NCBI GenBank assembly: GCA_031270205.1
Contig: JAISYA010000055.1
Location: 1 to 46,767, forward strand
From: Treponema sp.
GTDB lineage: Bacteria; Spirochaetota; Spirochaetia; Treponematales; Breznakiellaceae
Direction: 5' to 3'
DNA: 46,767 bases
Each line of letters opens with the position of its first letter. Within the stretch, counting starts at the first letter, position 1. The notes under the pieces are model-generated. The model saw nothing but the letters and a program-made list of their open reading frames with translations, was not told the origin of the DNA and searched no databases. The position numbers and the translations under genes were made by a program. This document shows, piece by piece, positions 33,460 through 42,810 of this stretch.

Positions 33460-34977
33460 ATGGCGGAAGATTTAATGGACAGGGTATTTTCCTTTTTCTC
33501 CGGGGACGGCGATGAGGCCGACGACATGAAAATATTCCTTAAACAGACCCTTAAAGAGCTGGGGCAGAACAGGCACGCGAAGTTTTTCAGGGCGAAAACC
33601 GGCGAGGCCGATCCTCTGATGGCCGCCTTCTTTTACAAGGTATTCAGGATACTGTTCGCGTTCAGGACCTTCAGCCGCGAAGAGGAAAAAATGACCCGGC
33701 TGAGACAGATGATCCTGACCGCCTCCATGGATAAATTGATTCTTGATACGGCCGGGCGGCTCAGCCCCGAGTCCATTGAGGAGCGGTCCCAAACGACCGC
33801 CCCGGCGGAGCTGACCGCCCAAATAGAGGCTGATATTGGCCGGCTGCGCGCCGCCTTTGACGAGCGCCGGATAAGCGCGGTAAACCGCTGTTACAACCTC
33901 GCCGCGGCGCTCTCCGGACTGGCCAACTTTAATTTTCCCGGCTTTCTGAAAAAATTCGACCCGAACTTTACCGGGGGCAATTTTACCGCTGAACCGAATT
34001 TCTCAGCCGTAAGCGCGGGCATTATCATCAAGGACCTGGGCGAATTTCTCGCGGTTTCCCATTCTTTGCCTCCCGAAGGGGACTGGAAATCCCTGCTTGA
34101 CCTGCTGAAAATCTGCGCCGGAGCGGAGATAGTAAAGCCGGTCCATTTCGCCGCAATGCTCGTAAACCTGCAGGAACTGCACCAGTCGAAGATACTCGAA
34201 CTTATCGTCCGCTATGTCGGCAAAAACCCGGTGTGGGAGTGGAAGCCGCAAACCCCCGACGAGCATATCGGGGAGGCCTGGCTTGAGGCGCGTGAGGAAG
34301 AGGCGCGGGAAAACATCGGGAAAATCAAGTTTGTCCAGAAGCACAGTCAGATCGATACCCTGACCAAACGTGTCTTTGACAACGCCGGGCTGGTCCGGCT
34401 TGAAAATTACAATACCGCGAAGGGGGAAGTGCTGCGCAAGCGCGACCTTGAAGACTTTGTCTACGCCGAAGGCCTGAACTATCTGAGCGCTTTTCTTGAA
34501 GATTACCTTGAAAAAGAAATCCGGGAACTCTGCGACATTCTGTTGATCCGCGGCCAGTGGACGAATAACGGCATATCCAGGGAAATGTCCGAGGCCCTGT
34601 ACCAGCTGCTGGATGCCTCCGCCCCCATAAAAGCGCTGGACGAACGGCTCGCCGAAGACGGTGACGACGGCGCCCGCCTGAAGGCGGCGGTCATGCGGGT
34701 GGACCGGGACAAAACCCAGGCCCGCTATATCAACAGTATCGTCGGCAACAACAACGAGCAGGCCCTGGAAATGATCAACACCGCCGCCCAGAGGTTCATC
34801 GTCATCGGCAAGTACCTGAAAGTGCTGATAGAAGACGGACAGAAAAGCCGCCCGGAGCTGCTTCACAACTGGCGTGAGCTCAATTCGGTTTCCAAATCGC
34901 CCCTTATCCAGCGGATGACCGACGATTACCGGAAAATCAACTATTTTATCCAGCTTATGCGGCTGTGTACGCGGTAG
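33460..34977 (+). CDS. Conserved spirochetal all-helical protein (DUF5312-like)
   Basis: About 505 aa; FLKKFDP, LLIRGQW, LHNWREL motifs; GAGG SD; upstream TTGAAA-N17-TACAGT. Confidence 0.7.
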   Translation: MAEDLMDRVFSFFSGDGDEADDMKIFLKQTLKELGQNRHAKFFRAKTGEADPLMAAFFYKVFRILFAFRTFSREEEKMTRLRQMILTASMDKLILDTAGRLSPESIEERSQTTAPAELTAQIEADIGRLRAAFDERRISAVNRCYNLAAALSGLANFNFPGFLKKFDPNFTGGNFTAEPNFSAVSAGIIIKDLGEFLAVSHSLPPEGDWKSLLDLLKICAGAEIVKPVHFAAMLVNLQELHQSKILELIVRYVGKNPVWEWKPQTPDEHIGEAWLEAREEEARENIGKIKFVQKHSQIDTLTKRVFDNAGLVRLENYNTAKGEVLRKRDLEDFVYAEGLNYLSAFLEDYLEKEIRELCDILLIRGQWTNNGISREMSEALYQLLDASAPIKALDERLAEDGDDGARLKAAVMRVDRDKTQARYINSIVGNNNEQALEMINTAAQRFIVIGKYLKVLIEDGQKSRPELLHNWRELNSVSKSPLIQRMTDDYRKINYFIQLMRLCTR

Positions 34978-34980
34978 CCT

Positions 34981-36279
34981 ATGTATTTGACTAAATCAAG
35001 CCCCATACACCGTATCGGTTTTGTCTCGACCCGCTTCAAGGGAAACGACGGCGTCTCTCTTGAAACGATCAAGTGGCGGCAGGTGCTGGAACGCATCGGC
35101 TATGAGTGCTTCTTTTTTTCCGGCCTTTCCGACTGGGACGCGGACAGGTCCATGGTGGTGGAAGAGGCTTTTTTCGCGCATCCGGCAATTCAGGCGATTC
35201 AGGACCGCTGCTTCGGCATCACCGTGCGGGATGAGGATCTTTCCGGCAAAATACAGGCTGTGCGTTTCAAGCTGAAGACGGCGCTTTACGATTTTGTGGG
35301 GCAGTTCAGGATTGACCTGCTCATTACCGAAAACGCCCTGACTATCCCGATGAACATTCCCCTGGGCCTGGCCCTGACGGAGTTTATCGCGGAAAAGGGA
35401 ATCCCCGTCATCGCCCACCACCACGACTTTGCCTGGGAACGGCAGCGCTTCTCGGTAAACTGCGTGGCGGATTATCTTTCCATGTCCTTTCCCCCGCGCC
35501 TGCACAGCATCAACCATGTGGTCATCAACTCCGAGGCCCGCCAGCAGCTTTCTTTCCGCTGCGGCCTTTCCTCGATTATCATCCCCAATGTGTACGACTT
35601 TGACGCCGCGCCGCCCCAAATGGACGACTACGCCCGCGGCATGCGCAAAGACCTGGGCGTCGGTGAAGGCGAGGCCCTGTTGCTGCAGCCCACCCGTATA
35701 GTCGCCCGCAAGGGGATTGAACACGCCATAGAACTCGTGAGCCGCTTACAGGACGCCACAGGCAATTTGCCGCCAAAGCCGGCAAAGCTGCTCATCAGCC
35801 ACCAGGAGCGGGATGAGGGATCGGACTACTACCAGCGGACGATGGATTACGCCGCGCTCATGGGCGTGGAGGTGATCATCAGGCCGGACATTATCGGCGC
35901 GGAGCGGGGCCTGACCGAAACAGGGCGGAAAAAGTACAGCCTGAACGACTGTTACCTGAACGCGGATTTTGTCACCTATCCTTCAAGCTACGAAGGTTTC
36001 GGCAACGCCTTCCTTGAGGCGCTCTGGTTCAAGAAGCCGATACTGGTCAACCGTTACTCGATTTTCCAGCAGGACATTGAGCCGCTGGATTTCGACGTGG
36101 TGATAATGGAAAACTACGTTACGAACGATACGGTGGACACGATCCGCTCCCTGCTTGAGTCTCCCGAAACGGCGCAGATCCTGGCGGAGCGCAACTTTGA
36201 GCTGGCCCGCAGGTTTTTCTCGTTCAACCTGCTCGAACAGCGCCTGCGCCAGGTACTGATGAATTTCGGGCAGTTATAG
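34981..36279 (+). CDS. GT4 glycosyltransferase (mannosylglucosylglycerate synthase-like)
   Basis: DGVSLET.KW, HHHDF.WER, LQPTRIVARKGIE, YPS.YEGFGNAFLEA. Confidence 0.85.
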   Translation: MYLTKSSPIHRIGFVSTRFKGNDGVSLETIKWRQVLERIGYECFFFSGLSDWDADRSMVVEEAFFAHPAIQAIQDRCFGITVRDEDLSGKIQAVRFKLKTALYDFVGQFRIDLLITENALTIPMNIPLGLALTEFIAEKGIPVIAHHHDFAWERQRFSVNCVADYLSMSFPPRLHSINHVVINSEARQQLSFRCGLSSIIIPNVYDFDAAPPQMDDYARGMRKDLGVGEGEALLLQPTRIVARKGIEHAIELVSRLQDATGNLPPKPAKLLISHQERDEGSDYYQRTMDYAALMGVEVIIRPDIIGAERGLTETGRKKYSLNDCYLNADFVTYPSSYEGFGNAFLEALWFKKPILVNRYSIFQQDIEPLDFDVVIMENYVTNDTVDTIRSLLESPETAQILAERNFELARRFFSFNLLEQRLRQVLMNFGQL

Positions 36280-36303
36280 CCCGCTTACGGAAAGCCCGCC
36301 TTG

Positions 36304-36756
36304 TCATGCGCCGGCGATTCGGCCGCCGAGGAGACCCTGCTTCTTGAGGTTGAGAATATATTGGGCGTACTTTTTGTCCTGCACGGCGATGTGGGTGAGT
36401 ACCCAGTCTTTGAGAAAGCGGACGAACACATTGGGCACGAATTTCTTGCCGTTCTGGAATGTCTCAACATCCTCCAGTATCTTTTTTACAAAACCTTCGT
36501 GTTCCCGCTTGTGTTCCGCGAATTCGGGGTACTTAATGTTTCCCAGCAGCTTTTCTTCCGCCGAAAAATGGTATTTTACATAGTCCACCGTTTCGCGGAT
36601 TGTTTCCATAAAGTAGGAACGGGCCGCTTCGTCCCCCTCAAGGCAGCCCTTATACAGCGTATTGGTCATCTCAATGAGCTTTTTGTGCTGCTCGTCTATC
36701 AACTGAATGCCTACCGAATACCGGTTATCCCACTCAACAAGTATACCGTCTTCCAT
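36304..36756 (-). CDS. Bacteriohemerythrin
   Basis: W...YSVG...IDEQHKKL, HFSAEE, HKREH, WVLTHIAVQD. Confidence 0.93.
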   Translation of the reverse strand: MEDGILVEWDNRYSVGIQLIDEQHKKLIEMTNTLYKGCLEGDEAARSYFMETIRETVDYVKYHFSAEEKLLGNIKYPEFAEHKREHEGFVKKILEDVETFQNGKKFVPNVFVRFLKDWVLTHIAVQDKKYAQYILNLKKQGLLGGRIAGA

Positions 36757-36850
36757 AAAATTTGCCCTTTACCGGTTTAGTATACCCCGAACGGCTGTTT
36801 TAATAAAGGGGAAAAGGCGGGCGCAGGGCATCGGCGGAGCGTTTGCCGGA

Positions 36851-37810
36851 TTATAACGGCAGCTTTTCTATCTCTTCCAGATTCGGCGGATCGGCGCCCC
36901 GGCGGGAACAGACAATGGAAGCGGCCTTGTTGGCAAAAAAGAGGGTCTCGCGAAGTTCCTCCGCGTCAAGGGCGGCGATTTTTTCCCCGGACATTTTATT
37001 CCGCGTTTCCAGGCGGGAAAGAAAGGCCCCGTGAAAAGTATCCCCCGCGCCGATAGTGTCCGCAACGGGCAGATTGACCACCGGCGCCCTCGCTTCAACA
37101 AGGCCGCCGTTGCCGGAACGAAGCAGGGCCATTGCGCCGCCTGCGCCCAGTGTGCTTATAACCAGACGGGGACCCAGGGCCAGCACTTTTTTCAGCGCCG
37201 TTTGCAAATCCATTCCGGGGCAGATAAATTCAAAATCCGCGGCGGAAATTTTTACGATGGTGGAAGCGGCAGCCCATTTTTCAAAACGTTTTATATACGC
37301 TTCCCGGTCATGGATCATAAAGGGCCTGATGTTGGGATCAAACGAAACAACGATGTTACCCGCTTCTTTGGCGCGCAGCGCCAGTGTTTCGATGGCGGTC
37401 GCTACCGGCTCCATGGTCATTGCGATGGAACCGAAAACCAGGCAGCGGGAGCCGGCCGGAAACGACGCGGGAATATCCTGTATGGAAAACGAGCGATCCG
37501 CGGCGCCCTCGGTATAAAAAAGATACTCAGGCTCCCTGTCTTTTCCCAGTTTGACAAAGGCCAGGGCGCTGTGTTCATCGGCGCGGATAATCATATCCGT
37601 GCCGACACGATTGTCCCTGAGCCGCCGGATCAGGGCTTCGCCAAAAAAATCTTTCGAAAGCCTGCCGATGAACTGCACCCCGGCGCCCGCCCTGGCCGCG
37701 GCGATGGCGGTATTGTAGGGGCTTCCTCCGGGGACGGGACAGAACACCTCTGCGCCACCGGAATTTTGGGGAACCATGTCGATCAAGGCTTCGCCGCAGG
37801 CTATTATCAT
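36851..37810 (-). CDS. PfkB family carbohydrate kinase (fructokinase-like)
   Basis: GEALID, GGSPYNTA, FDPNIRP, DTIGAGDTF. Confidence 0.93.
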   Translation of the reverse strand: MIIACGEALIDMVPQNSGGAEVFCPVPGGSPYNTAIAAARAGAGVQFIGRLSKDFFGEALIRRLRDNRVGTDMIIRADEHSALAFVKLGKDREPEYLFYTEGAADRSFSIQDIPASFPAGSRCLVFGSIAMTMEPVATAIETLALRAKEAGNIVVSFDPNIRPFMIHDREAYIKRFEKWAAASTIVKISAADFEFICPGMDLQTALKKVLALGPRLVISTLGAGGAMALLRSGNGGLVEARAPVVNLPVADTIGAGDTFHGAFLSRLETRNKMSGEKIAALDAEELRETLFFANKAASIVCSRRGADPPNLEEIEKLPL

Positions 37811-37966
37811 CGTTGTCTCCTCCTGTGTTACCGCGATTGTACCCTGTTTATTCCTGTTTTGGAAGGCGTTCTATAACAGGGCATCGGCGTTTACTTGCAA
37901 TCCATGCACCACTACCATACCCAGAAATGTATCCGCGGACCGCTGATAGTTCCCCATTGATATAAG

Positions 37967-38541
37967 CTATATTGCGGGATCGACATAAGTTATGTTGTGG
38001 GGTCGACATAAGCTATGTTGTGGGGTCGACATAAGCTATGTTGTGGGATCGACATAAGCTATGTTGCGGGGTCGACATAAGCTATGTGGATGGATCGACA
38101 TAGCCTATGTTGCGGGATCGACATAAGCTATGTTGCGGGATCGACATAGGCTATGTTGCGGGATCGACATAGGCTATGTGGATGGATCGACATAGCCTAT
38201 GTTGCGGGGTCGACATAGGCTATGTGGATGGATCGACATAGCCTATGTTGTGGGGTCGACATAGGCTATATGGATGGATCGATATAGCCTATGTTGCGGG
38301 GTCGACATAGGCTATGTGGGTGGATCGATATAGCCTATGTTGTGGGATCGACATAGGCTATGTTGCGGGATCGACATAAGCTATGTGGATGGATCGATAT
38401 AAGCTATGTGGATGGATCGACATAGCCTATGTTGCGGGATCGACATAAGCTATGTTGCGGGATCGACATAGGCTATGTGGATGGATCGACATAGGCTATG
38501 TTGCGGGATCGACATAGGCTATGTTGCAGAATCGACATAGG
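37967..38541. repeat. 23-bp tandem palindromic array, 25 units, non-coding
   Basis: Units CTATGTTGYGGGRTCGACATARG and CTATGTGGATGGATCGACATAGC; exact 23-bp period with no indels. Confidence 0.97.
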
Positions 38542-38792
38542 CTGTATTGAAAGGGATTAATCGCCCTTGCGGCAAGGCGGAACAGGGCGGGATCAGCGCA
38601 GGGAAAGGGATACCGCGGATACCAGCGCCTGTGCGCGGCCTGTGGCGGGTGTTTCCCGCGCGGCCCGCGCTTATAGCGCCGCACCGTATGTGCCAATCAA
38701 AAAAGCAAACGCCGATGCCCCGCAGGGTAGCTGGAAAACGATGTCTTGAATATATCCGGTCACGCGCGTACATTGGTATTCGGGAGACACAC

Positions 38793-39935
38793 ATGAAAAT
38801 TATGGTGGCGCCGGATTCTTTTAAGGGAAATATGAGCGCGCCTGAGGTTTGCGCGCTTATTGAGGCGGGAATCTTGCGGGCCCGCAAGGACGCGGAGGTT
38901 TACAAAGTCCCCCTGGCGGACGGCGGGGAAGGGACGGCGCGGGCGGTAACGCAGGCCGCGGGCGGCCGCTTTGTAAATGCTTCGGTTACCGGCCCCCTGG
39001 GCGGCAGAATTGAAACCGAATTCGGCCTTATTGAGGGCGGCCGGGTCGCGGTTCTTGACATGGCCAGCGCGTCGGGCATAGAACTTGCCGGGCGGGACAA
39101 GCTCAACCCCATGAAGGCCACGAGCTATGGAACCGGCGAACTTATCGCGGCGGCCCTGGATACAGGCGCGGAGGAACTCATCATCGGGATAGGCGGAAGC
39201 GCCACCAATGACGGCGGCGTCGGCATGATCAGCGCCCTCGGCTTCAGGGTTTTGGATGACCAGGGACGGCCCGCAGGCCAGGGCGGTGAAGCGCTGGCGA
39301 AAATCGCCTCGGTGGACTGCGGGGGGGCCGACAAGCGGCTCAAAAACGTCTCGATAAAAGTGGCCTGCGACGTAACCAATCCCCTCCTGGGACCAACGGG
39401 CGCTTCGGCCGTATTCGGCCCGCAAAAGGGAGCGACGCCCGAGATGGTGAAAATCCTTGACGCGGGGCTTGCCCGGCTGGGCGAGGCGTGGATCAGGGCG
39501 GGCCTTGCTTCGGATCTGGAGCGGCCCGGAGACGGGGCGGCCGGCGGGGTCGGGGCGGCCCTGCGGATCTGCCTTGGCGCGGTTATGGAATCAGGGGCGA
39601 TGCTGGTGATGCAATACGCGGGCTTTTTCAGATGTCTTGAGGGAACCGGCTTAATCATAACCGGCGAGGGCATGACCGACGGCCAGACGAGCGGGGGCAA
39701 ACTCTGCTCGGTGGTTGCCCGCGAAGGCCGCAAGGCGGGGATTCCCGTCGCGCTGATCTCCGGCGCGCTGGGAGGCGATCCGGCGAATCTGCTTGCCGCC
39801 TTTGACTACGCGGTATCCATCTCCTGCGGCCAAAACGGCCTTGACGCCATGATACGGGACAGCAAGCGGGACCTCCGCTTCGCCGCGGAAAACCTCATGC
39901 GGGCCGTCGCTATCGGCGGAAAGGGCACAGCCTGA
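38793..39935 (+). CDS. glxK: Glycerate kinase (GlxK/GarK family)
   Basis: MKIMVAPDSFKG, PLADGGEGT, GIGGSATNDGG, ITGEG..DGQT..GK. Confidence 0.93.
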   Translation: MKIMVAPDSFKGNMSAPEVCALIEAGILRARKDAEVYKVPLADGGEGTARAVTQAAGGRFVNASVTGPLGGRIETEFGLIEGGRVAVLDMASASGIELAGRDKLNPMKATSYGTGELIAAALDTGAEELIIGIGGSATNDGGVGMISALGFRVLDDQGRPAGQGGEALAKIASVDCGGADKRLKNVSIKVACDVTNPLLGPTGASAVFGPQKGATPEMVKILDAGLARLGEAWIRAGLASDLERPGDGAAGGVGAALRICLGAVMESGAMLVMQYAGFFRCLEGTGLIITGEGMTDGQTSGGKLCSVVAREGRKAGIPVALISGALGGDPANLLAAFDYAVSISCGQNGLDAMIRDSKRDLRFAAENLMRAVAIGGKGTA

Positions 39936-39936
39936 T

Positions 39937-40440
39937 ATGGAAACACCCGGTATGGAACAGCCCGGCAGCGTGCGGAATCCCGCCGATTTAAGCGGAATGG
40001 CGGCGGCGGCCGCGAAAGAGTATATCCTCGGCTATGCCGCTGCCTTAAAACTGACCGAAAAACAGGCGCGGGATGTTGACGCGGAATTGGGCAAGTGGAA
40101 AAGCCGGGTGGAACTGGCCCGGCACAGAGACCTTGATCTCGCGGCGGCCGCGGAAAAAGAGCTTGCGCTTCTCAAAGACAAACAGGGGCGGTTAAGCATG
40201 GAGATTGGCGAGTTACGGTCCCAAATTGCGGAAATGCGCCGCCAGTTACCGCTGCTTGCCGCGCGGGAACGGAGCGTCGACCCTGATTTGCTTGAACAGG
40301 AACTTTTAATGGCAACGGGGCGTCTCGGCGGCGAGGAGGAAAAGGCCGCCAATGAGCGCCTGTTCAGCGGCCTGGAGCGAGAAGCCTCCGCCGAGGCGGC
40401 CCTTTCGCAGCTCAAGGCAAAAATGGCAGGAAACACTTGA
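39937..40440 (+). CDS. Short PspA/IM30-like coiled-coil protein
   Basis: W..RVELA....DLA..A segment and C-terminal AEAALSQLKAKM helix. Confidence 0.6.
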   Translation: METPGMEQPGSVRNPADLSGMAAAAAKEYILGYAAALKLTEKQARDVDAELGKWKSRVELARHRDLDLAAAAEKELALLKDKQGRLSMEIGELRSQIAEMRRQLPLLAARERSVDPDLLEQELLMATGRLGGEEEKAANERLFSGLEREASAEAALSQLKAKMAGNT

Positions 40441-42026
40441 GCGAGGATCATCAAGAAGCCGCTTCCGCCCGTTCCATGGTCCGTCACGGATCAACCCTGT
40501 CCCTCCTCACGTTGATTTCTCGCGTTCTCGGTCTGCTCCGCGAAATGGCAAAAGCAAGCCTTCTCGGTACGAGCGCCCTGTCGGACGCTTTTTCAGTGGC
40601 ATTCATGCTTCCCAACCTGTTCCGCCGCCTTTTTGCCGAAGGCTCCATTTCGGTGGCGTTCATTCCCACCTTCAAGGAATATCTCCTTAAAAACGATCTG
40701 AAAAAAAACCGGGAGTTCCTCTCCGCGGTTTTCACCCTCCTCACTTTTTTGGTGACCCTTGCCGTCATGGCGGGCATACTTGCCGCCCCGCTCGTCATCC
40801 CCCTGTTCGGCATGGAAGCGTTTGATGAAACCGTACTTCTCACGAGGATCATGTTCCCCTTCCTCGGGTTTATCTCCCTCGCCGCCCTGTTTCAGGGAAT
40901 TTTGAACAGCCTCCACATTTTTGCCCCTTCGGGCCTTGCCCCGATTGTGCTGAATATCGTTACCATCCTCTGCGCTTACGGCCTCAGTCCCTTTACCGAA
41001 AACCCCGCGCGGGCCATGGCCCTGGGTATCCTCATCGGGGGCTTCCTTGAGGCGGCGATTCAATTTCCCTTTGTGCTCAAACAGGGGCAGCGGTTCTTTT
41101 TTACCGGCATCAGGCGCGCCGTCACCAATCCCGGTACCCGCAAAGTACTCCGGCTCATCGGGCCGACGATTATCGGAATGGCCGCCTACCAGCTCAACGA
41201 TCTGGTCTCCACCGCGCTCGCGGGTAACGCCGGAGAAGGCGTTGTTTCAAGCCTCCAGTATTCCCTGCGGCTCCAGGAACTGATCCTCGGCGTATTCGCC
41301 GTCTCAATCGGAACCGTGCTGCTCCCCAACCTTGCCGAATACGCGAAAACATCCCGCTGGGATATTTACAACGAGCGCCTGATTGCGGCGATGGACATTA
41401 TCGCCCTTATTACGATCCCTATTACTTTTTTTTCCCTCGCCCAGGGGGAGCTTTTAATCCGCCTCCTTTTCCAGAACCGCAGCTTCGACGAAACTTCGGT
41501 GGCCCTGACGCTCTCGGCCTTTACATTCCACATGCCCGGCCTTTTTTTCATCGCCCTGAGCCGCATTCTCGCCCCCGCTTTCTACGCGCAAAGCGATTCC
41601 CGCTCTCCCACGCTTGCGGGCATCATTGCGTTCGCGGCGAATATGTGCCTGGCGCTCATATTGGTCCGCCCCCTCCGCGGCGCGGGCATCGCCCTGTCCC
41701 TGTCCCTTGCGAGCGTCATAAACACCGCGCTGCTGCTCGCCTTCCTCAAAAAGAATCCCAACATCGCCGTTGGCCGCGATCTCGGTTCCGCCCTGGTCTA
41801 CACTCTGAAACTTTCACTCCTCTCCGGCCTCGCCGTCATCCCCGTGCGCGTGCTCTCCCCGCGCCTGTTGGCCATTTTTGCCGGCAGGGGCCGCCTCATC
41901 TCTTACGGGATACCCCTTGCCGTCAACACCTTGATCTTCGCCGCGCTGGGAATAGCGCTGCTTTTTGCCACCCGTGACCGGAATCTGCGCGGATTACTGC
42001 GCGGCAATTCCCGTTTTAATTCGTAG
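40437..42026 (+). CDS. murJ: Lipid II flippase MurJ
   Basis: SRVLGLLRE, DAF.VAF.LPNLFRRLFAEG, AFIP; multi-TM. Confidence 0.95.
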   Translation: MSEDHQEAASARSMVRHGSTLSLLTLISRVLGLLREMAKASLLGTSALSDAFSVAFMLPNLFRRLFAEGSISVAFIPTFKEYLLKNDLKKNREFLSAVFTLLTFLVTLAVMAGILAAPLVIPLFGMEAFDETVLLTRIMFPFLGFISLAALFQGILNSLHIFAPSGLAPIVLNIVTILCAYGLSPFTENPARAMALGILIGGFLEAAIQFPFVLKQGQRFFFTGIRRAVTNPGTRKVLRLIGPTIIGMAAYQLNDLVSTALAGNAGEGVVSSLQYSLRLQELILGVFAVSIGTVLLPNLAEYAKTSRWDIYNERLIAAMDIIALITIPITFFSLAQGELLIRLLFQNRSFDETSVALTLSAFTFHMPGLFFIALSRILAPAFYAQSDSRSPTLAGIIAFAANMCLALILVRPLRGAGIALSLSLASVINTALLLAFLKKNPNIAVGRDLGSALVYTLKLSLLSGLAVIPVRVLSPRLLAIFAGRGRLISYGIPLAVNTLIFAALGIALLFATRDRNLRGLLRGNSRFNS

Positions 42027-42032
42027 CAATTC

Positions 42033-42806
42033 CTAGTCGTAAAACAGGCAAATTCCGTACACTTTTTTCGTGCCCCCTTTCTTCAAAACGGCGGCGCAGA
42101 CATCCAGGGTAGAACCGGTGGTCATCACATCGTCGATGAGGATCACTGTTTGGGGCGGCGCGCCTTTCAGGATGATGCGTCCCCGCAGGTTTGTTTTCCG
42201 CTCCGCGCGGTTAAGCGCTTTCTGGATTTTAGAGGGCAGCCGTTTGAGGCAGCGGGAAACTTTTATGCCGCCTTTTTCGAGCAGTGTTACCAGATACTCA
42301 ACCTGATCCCAGCCGGTTTTCCGTATTTTGCCCGGCCGGGGAGGAACCGGGACAATGACCGTCTCCGGGGAAACATACTCAAACGCTAAAGCGTTTGCCA
42401 GTGCGTCCTGAATCTTCTCCGCGAAAAAATTGCCCAGGGCGAGGTTTTTGCCGAATTTGTACGCGTTGAGGAGCCGGCGGTATTTGCCGGTGTAGGGGAA
42501 AAAAACCGCCGCCCGGTCAAAGGCGGGTTTTTCGGCATTTCGGCATGGAAGGCAGCGTTCACGCTCGGAAACAAGGGGCCGGCCGCAGAGATCGCAAAAG
42601 CTGTTTGCTGACAGGCGATCCTCCGCCCATTGATCCTCAATCGTATTCCGGCAGCTTTCACACAGGCCGTACCACGCTTCCTGTATGGTGATGAGTGCCG
42701 CGCCGCAAAGAGCGCAGTCCGCGGGGAAAAAATATTCCCGCAGAAAAAAGATCAGCCGCCTGGTTTTTTCACCTAACGCCAAAAGCCCGTTTCGCATAAT
42801 GCCCAT
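42033..42806 (-). CDS. comF: ComF family protein (double zinc ribbon + phosphoribosyltransferase domain)
   Basis: CALCG, CESC, CDLCG, CLPC, IVPVP, ILIDDVMTTGSTL. Confidence 0.92.
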   Translation of the reverse strand: MGIMRNGLLALGEKTRRLIFFLREYFFPADCALCGAALITIQEAWYGLCESCRNTIEDQWAEDRLSANSFCDLCGRPLVSERERCLPCRNAEKPAFDRAAVFFPYTGKYRRLLNAYKFGKNLALGNFFAEKIQDALANALAFEYVSPETVIVPVPPRPGKIRKTGWDQVEYLVTLLEKGGIKVSRCLKRLPSKIQKALNRAERKTNLRGRIILKGAPPQTVILIDDVMTTGSTLDVCAAVLKKGGTKKVYGICLFYD

Positions 42807-42810
42807 ACCA

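Noticed and set aside
37967-38541. Possible CRISPR or TIGR-like guide array
   Set aside because: Units are contiguous with only two recurring core variants and no unique spacers; no cas or Nop-domain gene is in the window.
38547-38792. N-terminal extensions in the ORF track (glycerate kinase; likewise 7077, 9989, 15305, 28504, 33358, 45904, 3449)
   Set aside because: Family homology and SD or promoter positions support the downstream starts used in the feature list.
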